Origin: Spizellomyces punctatus DAOM BR117 | Lineage: Eukaryota | Assembly (NCBI GenBank): GCA_000182565.2 | Contig: KQ257456.1 | Direction: 5' to 3' (one strand) | DNA: 64,000 nt | Notes under the pieces: generated by a model | What the model was told of the DNA's origin: nothing | Seen by the model: only the letters and a program-made list of their open reading frames with translations | Databases searched by the model: none | In this document: positions 10,692-22,747 of the stretch, piece by piece | Layout of the letters: every line of letters begins with the position of its first letter | Numbering within the stretch: position 1 is the first letter of the stretch | Translations under genes and position numbers: made by a program

Positions 10692-12329
10692 TCTAGGCAA
10701 GTCATAAAGATTGTGAAATGACACTTAAATCACCGGGCAACTGGCCTGAACTATTTATAATATGGCAATGTCTGTTATCTTTGGAATTAGGACACCATAT
10801 GAAGGTCTCCATTAGTATGTGGTATAGCCACAATAGATGTATTCAAACTTTTGGCTTCCGACATGCAAATCGCAAAGAACGCCGATTCACTTGTCCTTCA
10901 TTTTGACCTAACCATATCGGCACTCAAACATAGGCCTCAAATCAAAGGAGCGGAGGGCTTCTGGAAGGGACTCCCTCGGTTGCCAGGTGCAAACAACAAA
11001 CTAAACTCAGTGGCTCCATGCTATGTTGCCCACATAGTAACTTTGACAGAATAAATTCCAAATTCTGTCGGTAATTAAAGTTCTGGCTCCATGTACTAAT
11101 AAGATGTTCACATTCGACTTTGGTAACTTTGGGCCACACTTTCAATATGGCTGAAGGATCATGCAAATGAATAGCCCGCAAACATTAGCGCGTGAAAATA
11201 ACAAATATGGTCGGGCAGTCTGGTTATTGTTTGACATCCGGAACTGATGAACTGATTGAAACTTCAAGAAGAAGTGGATGCAATCAGAACATATTGACTG
11301 AGATATTTGGCCTCATTCGAGTCCTCAAATGATGATGCGGAAATAAAACTTCTGTAAGTTCTGTAAGTAGGCCAGCCGTAACATAGTCCCTCAACAGCTA
11401 ATCTACTAGTCAATATGAACTAGCAATTTCCATCAACTTCTTGCGAATAAAGAATTATCCCATAAATAACCATAAATAAAGGAAACTACGGTCCCACCAA
11501 TTTTGAATGATGACATGCCATTCTCCGGTTTTTTTCCGGCATAAAAAACGAGGGTAACTTCAATGAATATAACTTCCAGGTATTACTTGGACTACAACCG
11601 AACCTCCGGCTCTTCCGTAGTTGTTTCACTCTTCACAAACTATAAACGCCTCCTTGGTCGGAAGTAGCTGCGTTGTCATTGTTTTCTGAAAATAGTTCGA
11701 AATCTGACAACAGGATGAAAGACCCTGATATGTGAAAATCTGGATATTCCGTGGTTCAGTCCTCAACACATCGCTTTTCCGCCGTAAGTTTCTTTCATGC
11801 GCGATAGGCGCCAATTACCAGCGGAAACCCTGCATTCGCATAATACGTTTGAGATAAGAATGTCCGTAAACTATTCCCAAGGTAAAATCTCGCAAAGTTT
11901 CTCCCCTGACTTTATTCACAGTTGCACTTGGATTGGTCGCAATAAAATATGAAAACCAGCGAGGAAATGGATCGTACGTGGCGCACAGTAAAAAAATGCA
12001 TACAACAAATCTAGAAATTCCATTGCATCCAACGAGGTAGGTGCAGCATTACGGAGCAACAGACCCATTCTGGTACAGCATCTTGCTCATCTCCAACAGA
12101 TGGAACGCGTCAAAATCCAGGACAGCTCGACAGAAAGGACGTTGCAGGCCATAATACAGATTTGTGTAGCGCAGACAACCACAAAACTGAGGACTTCTTA
12201 TCGAAATGTCCTTTTTAAACGGATACAATATTTCAGATGTCAATCCTGAAATCGATATGTGTATATAATTTGTAGATAGCAATATTATCCCGTTAACCAT
12301 TACCGCAGTCCTATGCTGTCATATTCATA

Positions 12330-13083
12330 GTGTGAACGTGGTTGAAAATGGCACTAGGACCCATTATTATCCGGATTAGTCCGGTTAATCGTATCGCATA
12401 ATCAGAACCCCCATCTATCGCTCAAAGCGGTGAGGCATGCATGCTAATGTTCTCCAAACTGCGGTGTGGCACATGCTAATGTAACGTTTTTTCTTTCAGC
12501 TGGACCCCATTTTGCCACATTCGAGGTCTATAAAGGGGGGCCTTCTGTCTCTTCCCTCTCTCCCCTTCCTCACCAGTTCCTCGACTCTCAAAGCATCTGC
12601 CAAACGCTCAAGCAACTCTCAAGTCCATCATGAGAGTACTGCTCTGGTGCTGAGGACCTCGCCCTCCCGACTACCAGCAACTGGAACCAGCGCAGCTTCG
12701 GAACCAACAAAGCTGTTATTATGCTGCCACATTAGTTGAGCTTGGTTGGTATGTACTGATGGCATCATCTCTTTTCATGTTATTCTGTCACTGACATGCA
12801 GTTTTTTTCTCTAGTCTCCAAGCCTTGTCCCTGAAAATCCCCCAGCTTGTGACGCTGCCCAGTCGATTCGCTCCTGGATGCAAGAGTCTGGCTTCAATGC
12901 CATCAAGAGTTCTGGATCAAGGCCTAGTAGGGACCGCGTGTGGTGGTGGGCAGTTATCCGGTTAGAACAACCGTTACGTATTGCGTGCATAATTGCCTAG
13001 TAGTTAGTTAGCTTTTCCGAACCGGTTGTCGCCGGTTTATTCCCTGGTGTAGTAGCTAGTGCCATTTTCTGTCACCTCTACAC
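12330..13083 (+). mobile_element. Non-autonomous Fanzor-family 'ghost' element (no intact Fanzor ORF)
   Basis: Left flank CATA (12326-12329), then GTGTGAACGTGGTTGAAAATGGCACTAG. The right end reverse-complements to GTGTAGAGGTGACAGAAAATGGCACTAG and is followed by TA (13084-13085). An omegaRNA scaffold overlaps the right end. Confidence 0.88.
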
Positions 13084-13100
13084 TAAGAATAAGTCACTCA
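13012..13100 (+). ncRNA. Diverged Fanzor omegaRNA: scaffold ~13012-13085 plus guide AGAAUAAGUCACUCA...
   Basis: TTTTCCGAACCGGTTGTCGCCGGTTTATTCCCTGGTGTAGTAGCTAGTGCCATTTTCTGTCACCTCTACACTA is colinear with the scaffold at 97->24. Hairpin AACCGG/CCGGTT and stem GGTGTAG/CTACACT. Guide length is assumed. Confidence 0.82.
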
Positions 13101-13141
13101 TACATCATGAAGCTATCGCCAAGCTGTTCACCGCGGCATTC

Positions 13142-15254
13142 TCATATCTCATCCACTCCTAACGCCACAGATGGTTTACCAAAGTTTGCGTCAAATCCAA
13201 CAGCGCCTTCCGCAAAGAAAACGGCGCCGTCAGCTCGCACATCCTTACGCTTTCCAAAGTCAAAGGCAAAAGCGCTAGAGCCTGTTTCATCTTCATTCAT
13301 TCCCAAAAGACCGTAGCGCCGCCAACGCGGTGAAAGCCTTAACCACCTTGTCGAGCTACCAGCTCGTAAACCGGCTCCATGTAGTATGCTCTCAAAGTTT
13401 TTCAGATTGCGCTGGGAGAGGACTATATAAAATGGGTCCATGTCTGATTTTGTCATATCCAATCGACCTGTTTGATCAAGCGGCCGACGCGCATCAAGGA
13501 TGTCTTCGATTGTTTGCAGGATTCGAGATGATGAAGCGTCTGGGCTACTCATGAACGAGTCGCACAAATCATATGTCGACGTAGAGGTGGTTGTTGTGCT
13601 TGTTGACGTTGGGTCTGTTTCGTCCGGTGCGGGGGTAATGGTGATGGTCTGTGCGATATCGGATAGCGCGGAAAAGCGACGGTCAAGAATGCCTTGTGGT
13701 TGATCAGGTGTGGCTGCATGACTGCAGGTTGTGTAATCTGGCCAAACAAAATCTGATAATTGGACATGTAAGTGGGTCACAATTGCGATGCCAATTTTGA
13801 TGAATGAGTACTTACAAATGGTAGCTTTGAACTTGGTGTACGGATTTTCCTTTTCCTCCTTGGATAGCATAGTTTCTTCTGACGTTCCAGTCCTTGCGTG
13901 TGCAGACTGACAATGCTGGTGGTATTGCCATTGGTGACAAAAATCCGTCTGCGTTTCCTTGCCAGTGCCCTCGTTATGTGTGCTCGGTTCCGGTTCTGGA
14001 GAGAGTACAGTTGTTACCGGTATCGGAAGAGGTCTGTCCTCTGGAGCGTGCGCGTTGATGGATGGAAGCTAGAGAAACAAAGTGAGACGAGTGAGACGGG
14101 AACTTGGTCCAATATGCAATGAGAGCAAAGAAACAGACACTTACTATTGCGAATAAGTACGTAGGTACCGTCTTGCACTCATTTTTCTGCTTTCCTCGCA
14201 AGGCTCTTTTTGCCAGAAACTTGTCCAACACATCCAAACCAGCCCTACTTCCAATCATCAGTCCTGCATACCGATAAGGATCCTCCTCGGTTCTGTCCGC
14301 TATCTGCTCAACATTCCCGCTGACAAATTTTGCAAACCAATCACGTACATCGGCAATCTCATTTTGCTCTGACTGATCGTTTTCTCCCGCATCCCCAGCT
14401 CGATCTGGTCCCATGCCACCCATCCGACCATGTCGACCCCACAACCTACGCGAATGTTTCCATGTCGTATGACCGCAGTCCCACCATTCGCGCAGATCAG
14501 AATCTTTATTTGTCAAGCCTCTCACACAATGGCCATCATGAATCCAAGTACCCTCTACTTGGGAACCAAAGGACGGTACAACCTCCGCCACCTCTCCATG
14601 GCGAATCCCATGAAACTGAGAAATAGTATCTGCACCGCCAAAGAAAAACCCATCATCGACGGATGCTCTCTGCTCTTCCTCTTCACTTATCGTATTTTTG
14701 CGAACTATGTCCTCAAGATTGCCCAGAGTTGGGTCAGTAGTGTCAAAGCCAGCAGAGGTGCGTAGTTGGATATCACGCCAAGTCGTTCGACCAACTCTTC
14801 GTAGACATTGCTGGAGGGATTCTAGTCCAGAAGATCCATCAACGATCAAGGTGTGCGTGGTGGGGTGCGACGATGTTCGTGTGTGGATCGTAACAAGGGG
14901 GCCGCCGTGGAGGGTCGGGTGAAGCATTACACGCATCGTCCAAGACTCTGGTTCTGTCGGTACACTCCCTCTTCCATAGTGTAATGGGAAATCAACCCAG
15001 CCCACATTGGGTCCAACTTCCATGCCGAGATCAAACACCCTACCATGTCCATCCCCTTTACTGAACCCTTTTTGAACACCCCACTCAGGTTTTTGAAGTA
15101 CCCACTCCACTGCATTTCTCCAAGCCCTACAAACGCCTTTGCAGGATAAAATTAAATCATCTAGACAAGGTGGATTCGTGTGTAGTCGGGTAAAGAGGAT
15201 GAGAAGGATGTCTGTTGGAAGAGCTGTAGGGCCATTGCGACCTGATGATGACAT
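13142..15254 (-). CDS. F-box-like protein (two exons)
   Basis: N-terminal LPTDILLILFTRL..LSCKGVCRAWR. An intron at 14144-14069 (GTAAGT...CTCTAG) joins ORFs 13974-15254 and 13142-13870 in frame (1110 + 927 nt). Confidence 0.7.
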
Positions 15255-16000
15255 GCTAAACGAGAAGCTCTGGACCGTCTGCAGTCAAGGGAAGGAAACA
15301 ATTAGAGGTGATATTTCTTTCCTCTGGTTACAGATCTGATCGGAAACTGACGCTTACGGAGTTGCTGCGCCATATCCAAGCCACGCTCCAGCGATTACTT
15401 GGCGAGACTCTCCGTCTAGGTTAGACTTATTAGCATATCATTCACACTGAAAGAGTTTGGAAATCATGCAAACATGAATAATCCTGCAGACGACATGACT
15501 AGAATTGACGTATTTCGATCGTATACTTATTTTCACAAATCTTTGAATATCTTTTAAACCAGCCAGTTTCGCTCTACGTTCCAACACCTTCAAATAGTGT
15601 ACGATGCTCGAATTGATTAGCGTCCACGAATACCGAGAAACGGCGATATTTTGGTAAAGTAGAGTTATCATGTGAAATACAGCATTGTACCTCTAATAGA
15701 ATACGGTATGTTCCGGGGAGATCCCGCAATAAAAACAGCATGAGTATTAGATAAATCTGGAGCAATTTGGCTTTTGATTGACTGACTTTGATGTACGTAC
15801 AGTAACAGCTAGACCCGCACGCGGGAACGATCGAAAATACGATGTTCTGGCTGATCGGTGAAGCGATAATATGTAAGTGAAGAGGACAAGTTTACACGAC
15901 GTGATGCAGCATATAATATTTTACTGAAAAGTGTTTACATGGATATTTTACAGTATCTGGCAATAAATGAAAGCGCATCCTCACATCCCTACATAATATA

Positions 16001-19000
16001 CTACGCATTCATCTCCTCCAATTTTTCATGCAACCCCCTTTGCACATCACAGAGAACCAGATAGACATCCCAAATCCTATTATCTCTCCACCTTGGCTTT
16101 ATTTTGATGGGCGGGAGCCACTTGGTTGGCCCCTCTAGTTCCTCACCATCAGACTCTTCATCATTGTCCTCTTCGACCAGTTCAGGATGCCCGTCCCCAT
16201 ATACTTCCGAGATCAATTCCTCATCCTGTTTCCTCATTTTTTCTTCCCACGCACGTAAAAGCACAGTCAATCCAGTTCTCAAAGCAGCGACAATGAGCAA
16301 AAAGTCATTAATCAGCTGCCATACGTCCCCTGGTCGTATTCCGTTTCCATCAATGAGCGCCTGGAACTGGCCGTGCTTGTAAAAGTCAACAATGTACGAG
16401 TCGAGAACGGTACTTGTGTCAAGAAGTTCATAGACGGTTGGAACCACTGTATGTTGAAGTCTCACACCGCCACGGAGAGTGCGAGACATCTCTTTCACGG
16501 ATTTGAATTTATCGTCCTTGCCAGAGAGGGCAACGAACGGAGATCTGGCCACATAACTGAGCGATGTATCCGCAAGACGAGCAAACATGGGTGATTCTTT
16601 CGGCACGGCGCGGCGAGTTTTCACAAAAGCCCGCTCAGATAAAGGCAGATAAGTTATTTCCTCCTCTTTCAATGTCCGCACATAATGATGGATATAAGAC
16701 TCCATGATACGGAACACTAGAATGTTGTGCTCCGAAAGGACCTTACGCATTGCCTCGGGCATAGGCTCAAGGAAAACCTTTGAAGGCGATCTCCTTATTA
16801 ATTCTTTTGCAAAGGCCGTAAGAGTCGATGGCCGTTCACGCCTGTCAGTATAAATCATGAACCGTAAGCCCAGCATCGGAGGATTCATCGATCAATGATA
16901 TCACCACCTTACCTGCCAAATAAGTGAGCAAGACATGTTAACATAGTCAAATTAGGATCCTTTCCAAGGGCGATCTCGCTTAGTACACCGGAATTCAAAA
17001 GAACCGCGAAACACAAATTCTGCAATTTCCACAAGTGTTAGTCCAAAAAACCAAATCAGTGTCTTCAAGATTCAAGTGAACCGGAAACCTACCATCGGCT
17101 CCGTCCAATACAAGTGGGAAACAATCCCTGCCAAGTTAATGGGGTGTCCATTCACATCCAGCAGCTCGGCTCTACGCAAGTACTCAATAGAGAACCTCAA
17201 ATGGTGCAAAACCTCCTGTTTTGTCGCCGGGTTCACGATCGATAATCTTCCCAATGTAAGTACCTCTTCCAACATTTTCTGTCCCATGTCGGCTGCGTCC
17301 GCGTCGCTCAGCAGCTGATGCAACCTGAGAACGAGTGTTGTGGAGAGCGGGAAATGCCCACTAAGATCCGGTAGCCGAGAAGCAAGGAGACGATAGACCT
17401 TTTCGAGTGGCAATCCAAAGAAGACAACGTTACCAAGCAGATCAAATCCACGTCTTCCAGCTCGTCCAGCAGCCTGTCTGTACTCTAGTGCGGTCAAATA
17501 AACGCTGTCCTCGGTGAAGACTGAGGTAGCAGCTGGCATATTGATACCCAGTGCTAGTGTTCCAGTCGCAACAACTACACGTAGCCATCCTGCCCGGAAC
17601 CACCTCTCCACAAGTTGACGATACCGCAGGTTCATTCCTGCATGATGGATCCCAATACCACGTCGCAATGCTGAACACAAGCCAGGATCAACCCTTCCCC
17701 ATTTTCTGAGCCCATTGATTTCTGCATCAATTTCCGATGGCGACAGACTGGACTTTAACCCAGCGAAACTAAAGGCGGCTAACGGGGCGTCGGGGTCAAA
17801 CGTGGACTCCCAGCCCATATCGGAATCCGGAAGATTGTCCGCGTCTTCAGACCGCGTTTGTGCTCGTGCTTGTTTCTCTTGTGCGGCTTGTCGGACAGCC
17901 TCGGCAGCTTTCCAGGCCTTCCATGCTTTGATCTTGGCTTTCCATTCCGGACTCGTTCGCTTGTACTTTTTTTCAGCTTTCTTCAACTCTGCCCATATTC
18001 GTAGCCCTAATTGCTCCACGTTGTCACGGGAGTAGTTGAAGAGGATGGCTGGGAGTTTCCCATTTCTATGGAGATCATGACATAATGCGATCACATTCTT
18101 CAATGCAAACTTGAGCCCAATGGGTTCTTCTCCAATGGCACTTCTACATGTTTCCCAGGTAGCACGTAGTTTCTCCGTCATTCTGTCCATGACGCGGCTG
18201 TACGGTCTCGAATTTCGTGCGCCCGGCATCTCCATCCAGCTCTGCAATATCGCCTTTAATTCGTTCTGGTACTGTATGATATCAGACTTTTTGATGTACT
18301 TGTGGCCAAAGTACTCTTCAGGCTTCAGTTTTGACAGTAATTCAGCGCCTTCCCCACGTTGCTCACTAGCCATAGTTTCATATAACTGTAAGCATTCGAA
18401 AGGTTCCAAATGGAGATCATCAGGAATAGTAGTAGCACCAAGGGAGAGAGCGGCGACTGGATGCAGATGGCAAAGACTAGTACCCCGCTCGCTCGAATCT
18501 TCATCCAACCTTGTGAACTTGGGTAGATTCAAAGGAAGATAAACGAATTTTCGGAGATCGGAATATCGGTGCGCATGTCTGACCATTTCCAACTTGTGCC
18601 CTTTTGCAGTTTGCACGGCTTCCAACCACTATATTTGGTATTCGAAAAGCACAACCATTAGGCAATTATTCGGTTACGAAAGTAGCACTTCTCCTTTCTC
18701 ACCTGACTAAACTCTGTAGGATTTCCCACTGTGGCCGAAAGCGCAACAATTGGAGAAGGTGAAAGAATAAGATTTTGCTCCCAAATTAAGCCACCGTCAA
18801 GGTTACCTGTGTTAGCGAAATACCAAATAAGCAACGTGTACACAATTGCGTGCCCCGCAGAAACCAGCGTCACCTACTAATGCTATGTATCTCATCGAAG
18901 ATGATACGCCTTAGACGTGGGGTCCACTCGGCACTTACATCAGGCTGGAGCATCAATATTTGTAATATATGCGGTACCTATGGAACGAGTAAAAACTTTA

Positions 19001-22000
19001 CCATCAATTCATGATGCCAACGGCGAAGAGCAATTTATGCAACTTACTGTAATCAAGACTTGACATTTTAGAGGCTCATGGATTCGATAATCTCTGGTAT
19101 GGACCGCCCAGACGGTTCGCCCCGGATGCTTGTAGACTTTTGAGAATCTCGCCGAAATTTCCGCGGCGATCTGATTCACAAGCGCTTTCGTCGGCGCAAC
19201 ATACACAACGACACCATCATCACTCTCCCGCAGCACCTTTTCAATTGCATAAAATGCAATGAATGTTTTGCCGGCAGAGGTTGGGGCAACCACGAAAACG
19301 GATTCGTTGGCGTCGATTTTGTCAAGGACTTTACGCTGCCATTCATCCGGAAGGAAATCGACTCTTGGGTCTGGAGCAGATCCCATTGTACGGTCCATAT
19401 GCGATCCGTAATGCAACATCTGAAACCTTGCTAAACTGTGGTGGCTCTTGAGCCAAGATATGTTGGTCGGACGACGGGGATACATGAACTTAAACGAGAG
19501 CTGGTCATCCTCGGCGAGCGCGCCATGTATCCCGTCTAATTTGGCCGAGCCCTTCTTAGCTGCAGATCTCTCTTTGGTACTTGAACCTTTCTTAATTTTG
19601 TCGCTGGACTTGGCTTTCACTTTCGGGGACATCGATCTGGCCCCTGGCTCCAGTAACCCAACCACTTCCAAAACGTTCAAGGCTTCTGCCACGGTCGCTT
19701 TTGTAGATGCAGTAGACGTTATTATCTGTCTGCACAATTTGAAGATCTGCACCAAAACAGGCATTCCTTCCTCTTTTCTATCGTGGGTTGTCTCCTCTCC
19801 GTTTGCCCCGATACAGAACGTAGCCCACTTTTTCAATAGGATCATGACCAAGTATAGATTTTGCTCTTCTGCTAATGAACTCGGCGTGTCAACCTTGGCA
19901 ATTGCGCGCTCCAATTCGATTCGTTGCGTGTCAATGTTTTCTATTCGCTCTATCATGTCTCGTATGATAGTCCACTTCTTGCGGGCCGCCTCTTCTTTAC
20001 CAGCTTGGAGTCGAGCATCATTGGCAGCTCGGATGTCATCCGCCTTACCGCTTTTCTTTTTACCAGACGCTTTCGCTCCACTATTCCCTTTGCTTGTAGT
20101 TGGTTGATGTCCATGTGGTTGAACGATAATTGTCTTTGGTTTCAGAATTCTGCCGCTCGCGCCGGTCAACGAACTGGCATACTTTTGTATGGAGTAAGCA
20201 TGGCCCTGCTCCGATTTCCTCGCAATGCCTGTTTTCTTTTGAGCGCTGAAGACTCTTCCTCCCGATGCAGGCTTTTTCAAAGACGGCAGAGGTTTATGTA
20301 CATGCCAATGATGCTTTTCGTAATTTGGAATCACTTGGGAATCAAATACAGAATCATTGATACTGGTATCGATCACCGCGGTTGGTAGATCTGGTAAACG
20401 GTGCATCAGATATGGCTGATTATAGGGAAGCAGAGGAAGGATGGCTTCATTAGATTCAGTCGAGGTAGATACATGTATAGCATATTCCACAGGACTTGTT
20501 CTGGCTGCTTCTTGAAGTGCCATCAAGTCCCATAACGTTGATGTATCATCATCTGGCGTAATGACTTTGTAGGTTTCCTCGGCTTTACCGACTTGTGGTA
20601 AATCACCAATCCAGTCTTTTGGGGACGCGGCGCTACTATCATGAAATTTCGCAATGATCTCAAGTAATAGAGACTTGAACAGGCGCTCATCGACAATATC
20701 CATCACATCATTGGTCGAATCCGCATTGGTCACCAGATTGGTGGCCGTCATGTAAAAGCCGGTCAAAAAATTGTCAAGCGAGGCCATATGCTTGAGATCA
20801 AATGGCAGTGACGCCTCCCGCCTGGCACGCAGCTCCAGGGGTATAGTAGGTAATAATAACGAATGAATTAGGAATATTTTCGCCAAGTCTTGCTGAAAGA
20901 CGTCAAGTCCAGGAAGAATTACGCTGAGAATTTGTCCTACGATTGGAGCATCGGGAGTCATAGCGGCCATATTGGTTTCATTAGCGTCCTTAGAAGCTAC
21001 TTGGTTAACACGCTTAGCGATCGCAGCTTCCAATCTCCTTCTAGCACGCAGGAAAGCTTTCTTGTGAACGGCAGGATCGGAGGCTTGCATAAAGCGAAGT
21101 GATGTATGAAACACGAAGCTGACAATCTAGTGTACATGGAGAAGAAAAAGTAAGCAAAACTCGCCACCATTTCAGCAGATACTGGAGTGTACGAACCTTA
21201 TTGTCCCGAAACATATCTTCGGACATAAGAGTCACTGTTAGGCCTTGATGCAAAAACATCCACATTGACTCTAACATCATGCGACGCTGTGCATCGTCAT
21301 GTTCATTCGGTTCGTCAGCATCAACAGACACCGCTGTGCCGTCATCGGTCATAATAAAGTACGGCTAAAAGAGATGTGTATTTGAACATTGTACAATACA
21401 ATTCAACGTAACACTTGTTCCCGTACCTTTTTCGCTTCCACATAGTTGGCCCAATCTTCCGAGAAAACCGACTCAAATACATTGACAGCGACATTCGTGT
21501 TGTTCCGTAGGTGCCGTATTATGATCTCGCGAATAAACTGCCGGCAGTGGACATCTTTGGGTTGTCCTGTTTTGGAGGTCGCAGTGCAGACTCTCTTCCT
21601 ATCTGGGGGCGCGAGGGGAATGAATATTGCTTACTGGCGGCTATGTCATGAACTGCATCAATATGGGCACACACCATTGAAAAAGGCCAGCTCAAAATTA
21701 GATTTCGCATCGAGCAATTTCTTCAAGAACAACTCAGCGGCATAGAGGCAATGAAGAGCTTGTATACTGTCCGCCTCTGAGGAACGAATATCTGACCAAG
21801 AAGGAACCGAATCAGCGTAAAGCATGTCAAACTCCTCTTTCGTCGCTAGCACAAGTGACGTGGCCCAACCTCAGGGCTGACAAGGAAACTCACCAGATGC
21901 ACTGTGCAATGCTAAGCAGACAAGGGTATCCCCATCCACAACAAACAGCTCTGTCCCAGCAAAGTCTCCAATAACATCAACATAAACTGGCCGGAGATCC

Positions 22001-22032
22001 AGGTACCATTGCGTGGTGTTGGCGAAAGACAT
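16001..22032 (-). CDS. DDX60-like Ski2-family DExH RNA helicase, multi-exon
   Basis: N-terminal [17 protein letters not shown]. Helicase motifs [57 protein letters not shown] and [12 protein letters not shown]. Confidence 0.85.
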
Positions 22033-22747
22033 TGTGTTTGCGGTGGACTAAATTGCGGGCTAAATAAAAGCGCTGTCAAAACCAAACTACTGCTGAGGAA
22101 CAGAGTATATTGGTTAGTCTCTGTGTATGGTGGGAACATTTCTCTTGTTACCTTTTGAAAAGTCTTTCGATTGACGTCTTTTGAGTCTTTGCCAGCGCTT
22201 GACGGGTCTCGCAGGAGAAGCACTCGTGCATTAAAGCCATACCACGCTCCTTCGTGCCATCTGCGCAAGCCGCACTGCGGCAAGCCATGTGTCACCCAGC
22301 ATAGCTGACGCATGTCAAGTACGGCGAACAAGATGCCGACACGACGGTAAAGGTCTTGCAGAGCTTACAGAGGAGAACTCCTAAGAAGATGAAATTGGGG
22401 AAGGACGATGTTGCGACTGTGACTCAAACTGACTCACTTTTCAAAATTCACGAGGCACCCACTACTGGTGAGGCAGTGGGGCCACATCATGCACAACGAG
22501 TATAAAATGCCTGATACTATTGCATCAGCGATTAGCAATGTAGGAGTGGTAGATCTGTAATCGCACACAGAGGCACTGCTCAGAAAGGTGTTTTTGAACT
22601 GTTTCATGATTTCAAGCAACCTATTGCTCGAGACTTTGCTTTCTGAAGCACTATGTATCAGCCCATCACAATACCCCAACCATAGAATAATCACCACTAG
22701 GCAAAAAAGTACAATAAAAATACGGAATCCACATCTCATTAATAGGC

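Noticed and set aside
10700-12320. Additional omegaRNA or TIR copies in the long intergenic region
   Set aside because: By eye I found no further TGGCACTAG box or scaffold here; a computational scan could still find degenerate copies.
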